From contig CDROCS010006706.1 in NCBI GenBank assembly GCA_977020255.1, forward strand, positions 1 to 64,000: 64,000 bases of DNA. Direction: 5' to 3'. Below the pieces are notes generated by a model that was given only the letters and a program-made list of their open reading frames with translations, did not search any database and had not been told where the DNA came from. Source of the stretch: Obrimoposthia wandeli. Taxonomy: Eukaryota. Made by a program: the position numbers and the translations under genes. Shown here one piece after another: positions 61,757-64,000 of this stretch; positions within the stretch are counted from its first letter, which is position 1, and every line of letters begins with the position of its first letter.

Positions 61757-61930
61757 GCTAATAGGAGAAGGCCAAAAAATGCATACGCCCATAAAGAATG
61801 AATCGGAACGCTCATCATTAATTCATAAGGCGCTATAAAAACAATTTTTCTGAAACTGTATCTAAAATTAGGTTTGCTGCGTAGATATATTTATAGACCA
61901 TTTGTCAATGCAGCAATCTTAAGGTGACCC

Positions 61931-62935
61931 ATGTTAATACTAGAACAACAGAAAATTAAATCGTCTGAAATTACCTCTGAGTCAATTTATCAGCAGCGTA
62001 GAAGTTTTATGAAAGCAGCTCTAGGCGTGACATCAGCCGTCGCTTCTTCAAGCGTACTTGCTTTGACAAACTATGAGTTAGAAGATGAAAAGCGTTATCC
62101 AGGCCCTAAGTGGTTGCAACAGAAAACACAAGATTCTGTTAAACATCCAAGTTTTCAAGCAAAAGATAAACTGACTCCTTATGGAGATGTAACTACTTAT
62201 AATAATTTCTATGAATTTGGTACTAGTAAAGATGAACCAGCAAAGCGTGCTCAAAAATTTGTAACTGACCCTTGGATGGTTGAAGTTTCAGGTGAAGTGG
62301 CCAAGCCTGGGAATTATCATTTAGAAGATTTTGTAAAGCCTCATACATTAGAAGAGCGTATTTGTCGTTTACGTTGTGTTGAAGGTTGGTCAATGGTTAT
62401 TCCTTGGATGGGAGTTTCGCTAGCCGAGGTAATAAAGCGCTTTGAACCAACCAGTAAAGCAAAATATATTGAGTTCACAACGTTACATGACCCAGAGCAA
62501 ATGCCAGAGCAAAGCGCCACATTTGGCACGCTAGACTGGCCGTATGTTGAAGGATTGAGATTAGATGAAGCAATGAATCCGCTCGCATTTTTGGCGACAG
62601 GTTTATATGGACAGGGATTACCACCACAAAACGGAGCGCCGTTGCGCTTAGTTGTTCCTTGGAAATATGGTTTTAAAAATATTAAATCGATTGTCAAAAT
62701 CCGTTTTACTGAAACAATGCCAAGAAATACGTGGTACGAGACAAACCCGAGAGAGTACGGTTTTTACGCCAACGTAAACCCAGCTGTTGATCATCCTCGT
62801 TGGAGCCAAGCAACTGAAAGACGCCTACCTAGTGGGCTTTTCTCACCTAATAGAATTGAAACGCTGCCTTTTAATGGATATGCAGAAGAAGTTGCGCATC
62901 TTTATAAGGGTATGGATTTAGCTAAATGGTACTAA
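61931..62935 (+). CDS. msrP: Methionine sulfoxide reductase catalytic subunit (molybdoenzyme)
   Basis: Tat motif [42 protein letters not shown]. Confidence 0.96.
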   Translation: MLILEQQKIKSSEITSESIYQQRRSFMKAALGVTSAVASSSVLALTNYELEDEKRYPGPKWLQQKTQDSVKHPSFQAKDKLTPYGDVTTYNNFYEFGTSKDEPAKRAQKFVTDPWMVEVSGEVAKPGNYHLEDFVKPHTLEERICRLRCVEGWSMVIPWMGVSLAEVIKRFEPTSKAKYIEFTTLHDPEQMPEQSATFGTLDWPYVEGLRLDEAMNPLAFLATGLYGQGLPPQNGAPLRLVVPWKYGFKNIKSIVKIRFTETMPRNTWYETNPREYGFYANVNPAVDHPRWSQATERRLPSGLFSPNRIETLPFNGYAEEVAHLYKGMDLAKWY

Positions 62936-63561
62936 CCCAAAAAATTAAGCAAAGGGTGCTTTGGTGGCTAATATTTTGCAGCGCTTTAATTCCCGTTATC
63001 ATGTTAACCATAGGGGCGGTGCAACAAGACTTAGGAGCCGATCCCGCTAAGGTCATCGTGCTCGAATTAGGAGTATGGGCGCTAAACTTTTTGTGGATAT
63101 CGTTAGCTATAACGCCCTTTCGCAAGTTGTTTGGCTGGAAAAGTTTAGCCAAATATCGAAGGATGATGGGGTTATACAGCTTTTTTTATCTGACATTACA
63201 CATATTAGCTTTTACAACGTTTATTGTTGGTTGGCAAATATCTATTTTAGTAACCGAAATAACAGAAAGACCTTATGCAATAGTTGGGTTCATCGCTTTC
63301 TTATTGCTGTTACCACTAGCCATAACATCGACAAAAGCGATGCAGAAGCGATTGAAAAAGAATTGGCTTCGTTTGCATAAGTTAGTTTATGCTGTATCTC
63401 TATTAGCATTGTTACACATAGTGTGGCAAATACGATCAGACTACTCTGAAGCATTAGTTTACGGATTAATACTTAGCTGGCTGTTAGGTTACCGATATTA
63501 TAAAAAATTAGCCGCTAATAAAGCACGCGACTTCAAGAAGAGTGTAGCAACACATAACTGA
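62926..63561 (+). CDS. msrQ: Heme-binding membrane subunit of MsrPQ
   Basis: [32 protein letters not shown]. Confidence 0.94.
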   Translation: MVLTQKIKQRVLWWLIFCSALIPVIMLTIGAVQQDLGADPAKVIVLELGVWALNFLWISLAITPFRKLFGWKSLAKYRRMMGLYSFFYLTLHILAFTTFIVGWQISILVTEITERPYAIVGFIAFLLLLPLAITSTKAMQKRLKKNWLRLHKLVYAVSLLALLHIVWQIRSDYSEALVYGLILSWLLGYRYYKKLAANKARDFKKSVATHN

Positions 63562-63618
63562 TAATCTTCTTATGTCGCGACGAATTTGATATTTTACCTT
63601 AATATTAAGGGAGCAGTC

Positions 63619-63831
63619 ATGACACAGAAGTCAAAGGTAGATGAAAAGAAGTTAACTTGGTTAAATATGCTGATGAGTGTATGTAGCGCTTTTATCGGTG
63701 TTCAATCAGATAAAAATTTAACATCAGATTTTACCAATGGTCGATTATGGCCATTTATTATTCTCGGGTTGTTCGTTGTCGTTGCTTTTATTTTAGTGCT
63801 GGTGCTTGTCGTAAAACTAATACTGATCTAA
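63619..63831 (+). CDS. DUF2970-like small membrane protein
   Basis: SVCSAFIGVQSDKN...DF...PFII.G; GGAG RBS before ATG 63619. Confidence 0.8.
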   Translation: MTQKSKVDEKKLTWLNMLMSVCSAFIGVQSDKNLTSDFTNGRLWPFIILGLFVVVAFILVLVLVVKLILI

Positions 63832-63840
63832 GTTGAAATA

Positions 63841-63873
63841 TTAACTCCGTTTATGCTAAATAAACGGGGTTAA
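63841..63873 (+). terminator. Hairpin after the DUF2970 gene
   Basis: TTAACTCCGTTTAT-gctaa-ATAAACGGGGTTAA. Confidence 0.6.
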
Positions 63874-64000
63874 ATTGAGATTTAAAATACCATTATAAAT
63901 CTATAAAGTAGATTATTTACTCGATATTCCTTGAGTAGTATTTACGAATAAAGGCGTGCCTTAATATTATGTTAAGTCTGAAAGTAATTGAATTAACTTA

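Overview
A 64 kb chromosomal window from an AT-rich, probably marine Gammaproteobacterium. The taxonomy is inferred from Pseudomonadales/Oceanospirillales-like gene order: fabAB, ispB-rplU-rpmA-obgE-proB-rpsT-murJ-ribF-ileS-lspA-fkpB, minor type IV pilins, nadE-bamD-rluD-pgeF-clpB, ilvIH...msrPQ. About two thirds is housekeeping. Accessory parts: (i) 1-16.5 kb: two GGDEF-EAL proteins (one ending in a CZB-like domain), a LysR/ABM-monooxygenase/nitroreductase module, SulP, a betaine/proline-type ABC transporter and an RmlD-like protein with degenerate catalytic motifs. (ii) 35.2-44.7 kb: two tandem sets of minor pilins. The first has dense indel clusters in pilE, part of pilY1 and a pilY2-like gene; these may be real decay or assembly error. 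(iii) 48.8-61.4 kb: three non-heme iron dioxygenases with regulators, including a cysteine dioxygenase that keeps the Cys and Tyr of the eukaryotic Cys-Tyr crosslink. I also found two families of TA-flanked, hairpin-forming MITE-like repeats (at least 6 copies, two sitting exactly on TAG stop codons), two perfect FNR boxes, a sigma32-type clpB promoter and a structured ilvI leader. Three genes expected from synteny are absent: ispH after fkpB, ilvC next to ilvY/ilvH, and moaE after moaD. I saw no rRNA, tRNA, CRISPR array or intact transposase. All family calls come from motif recognition by eye, without database searches.
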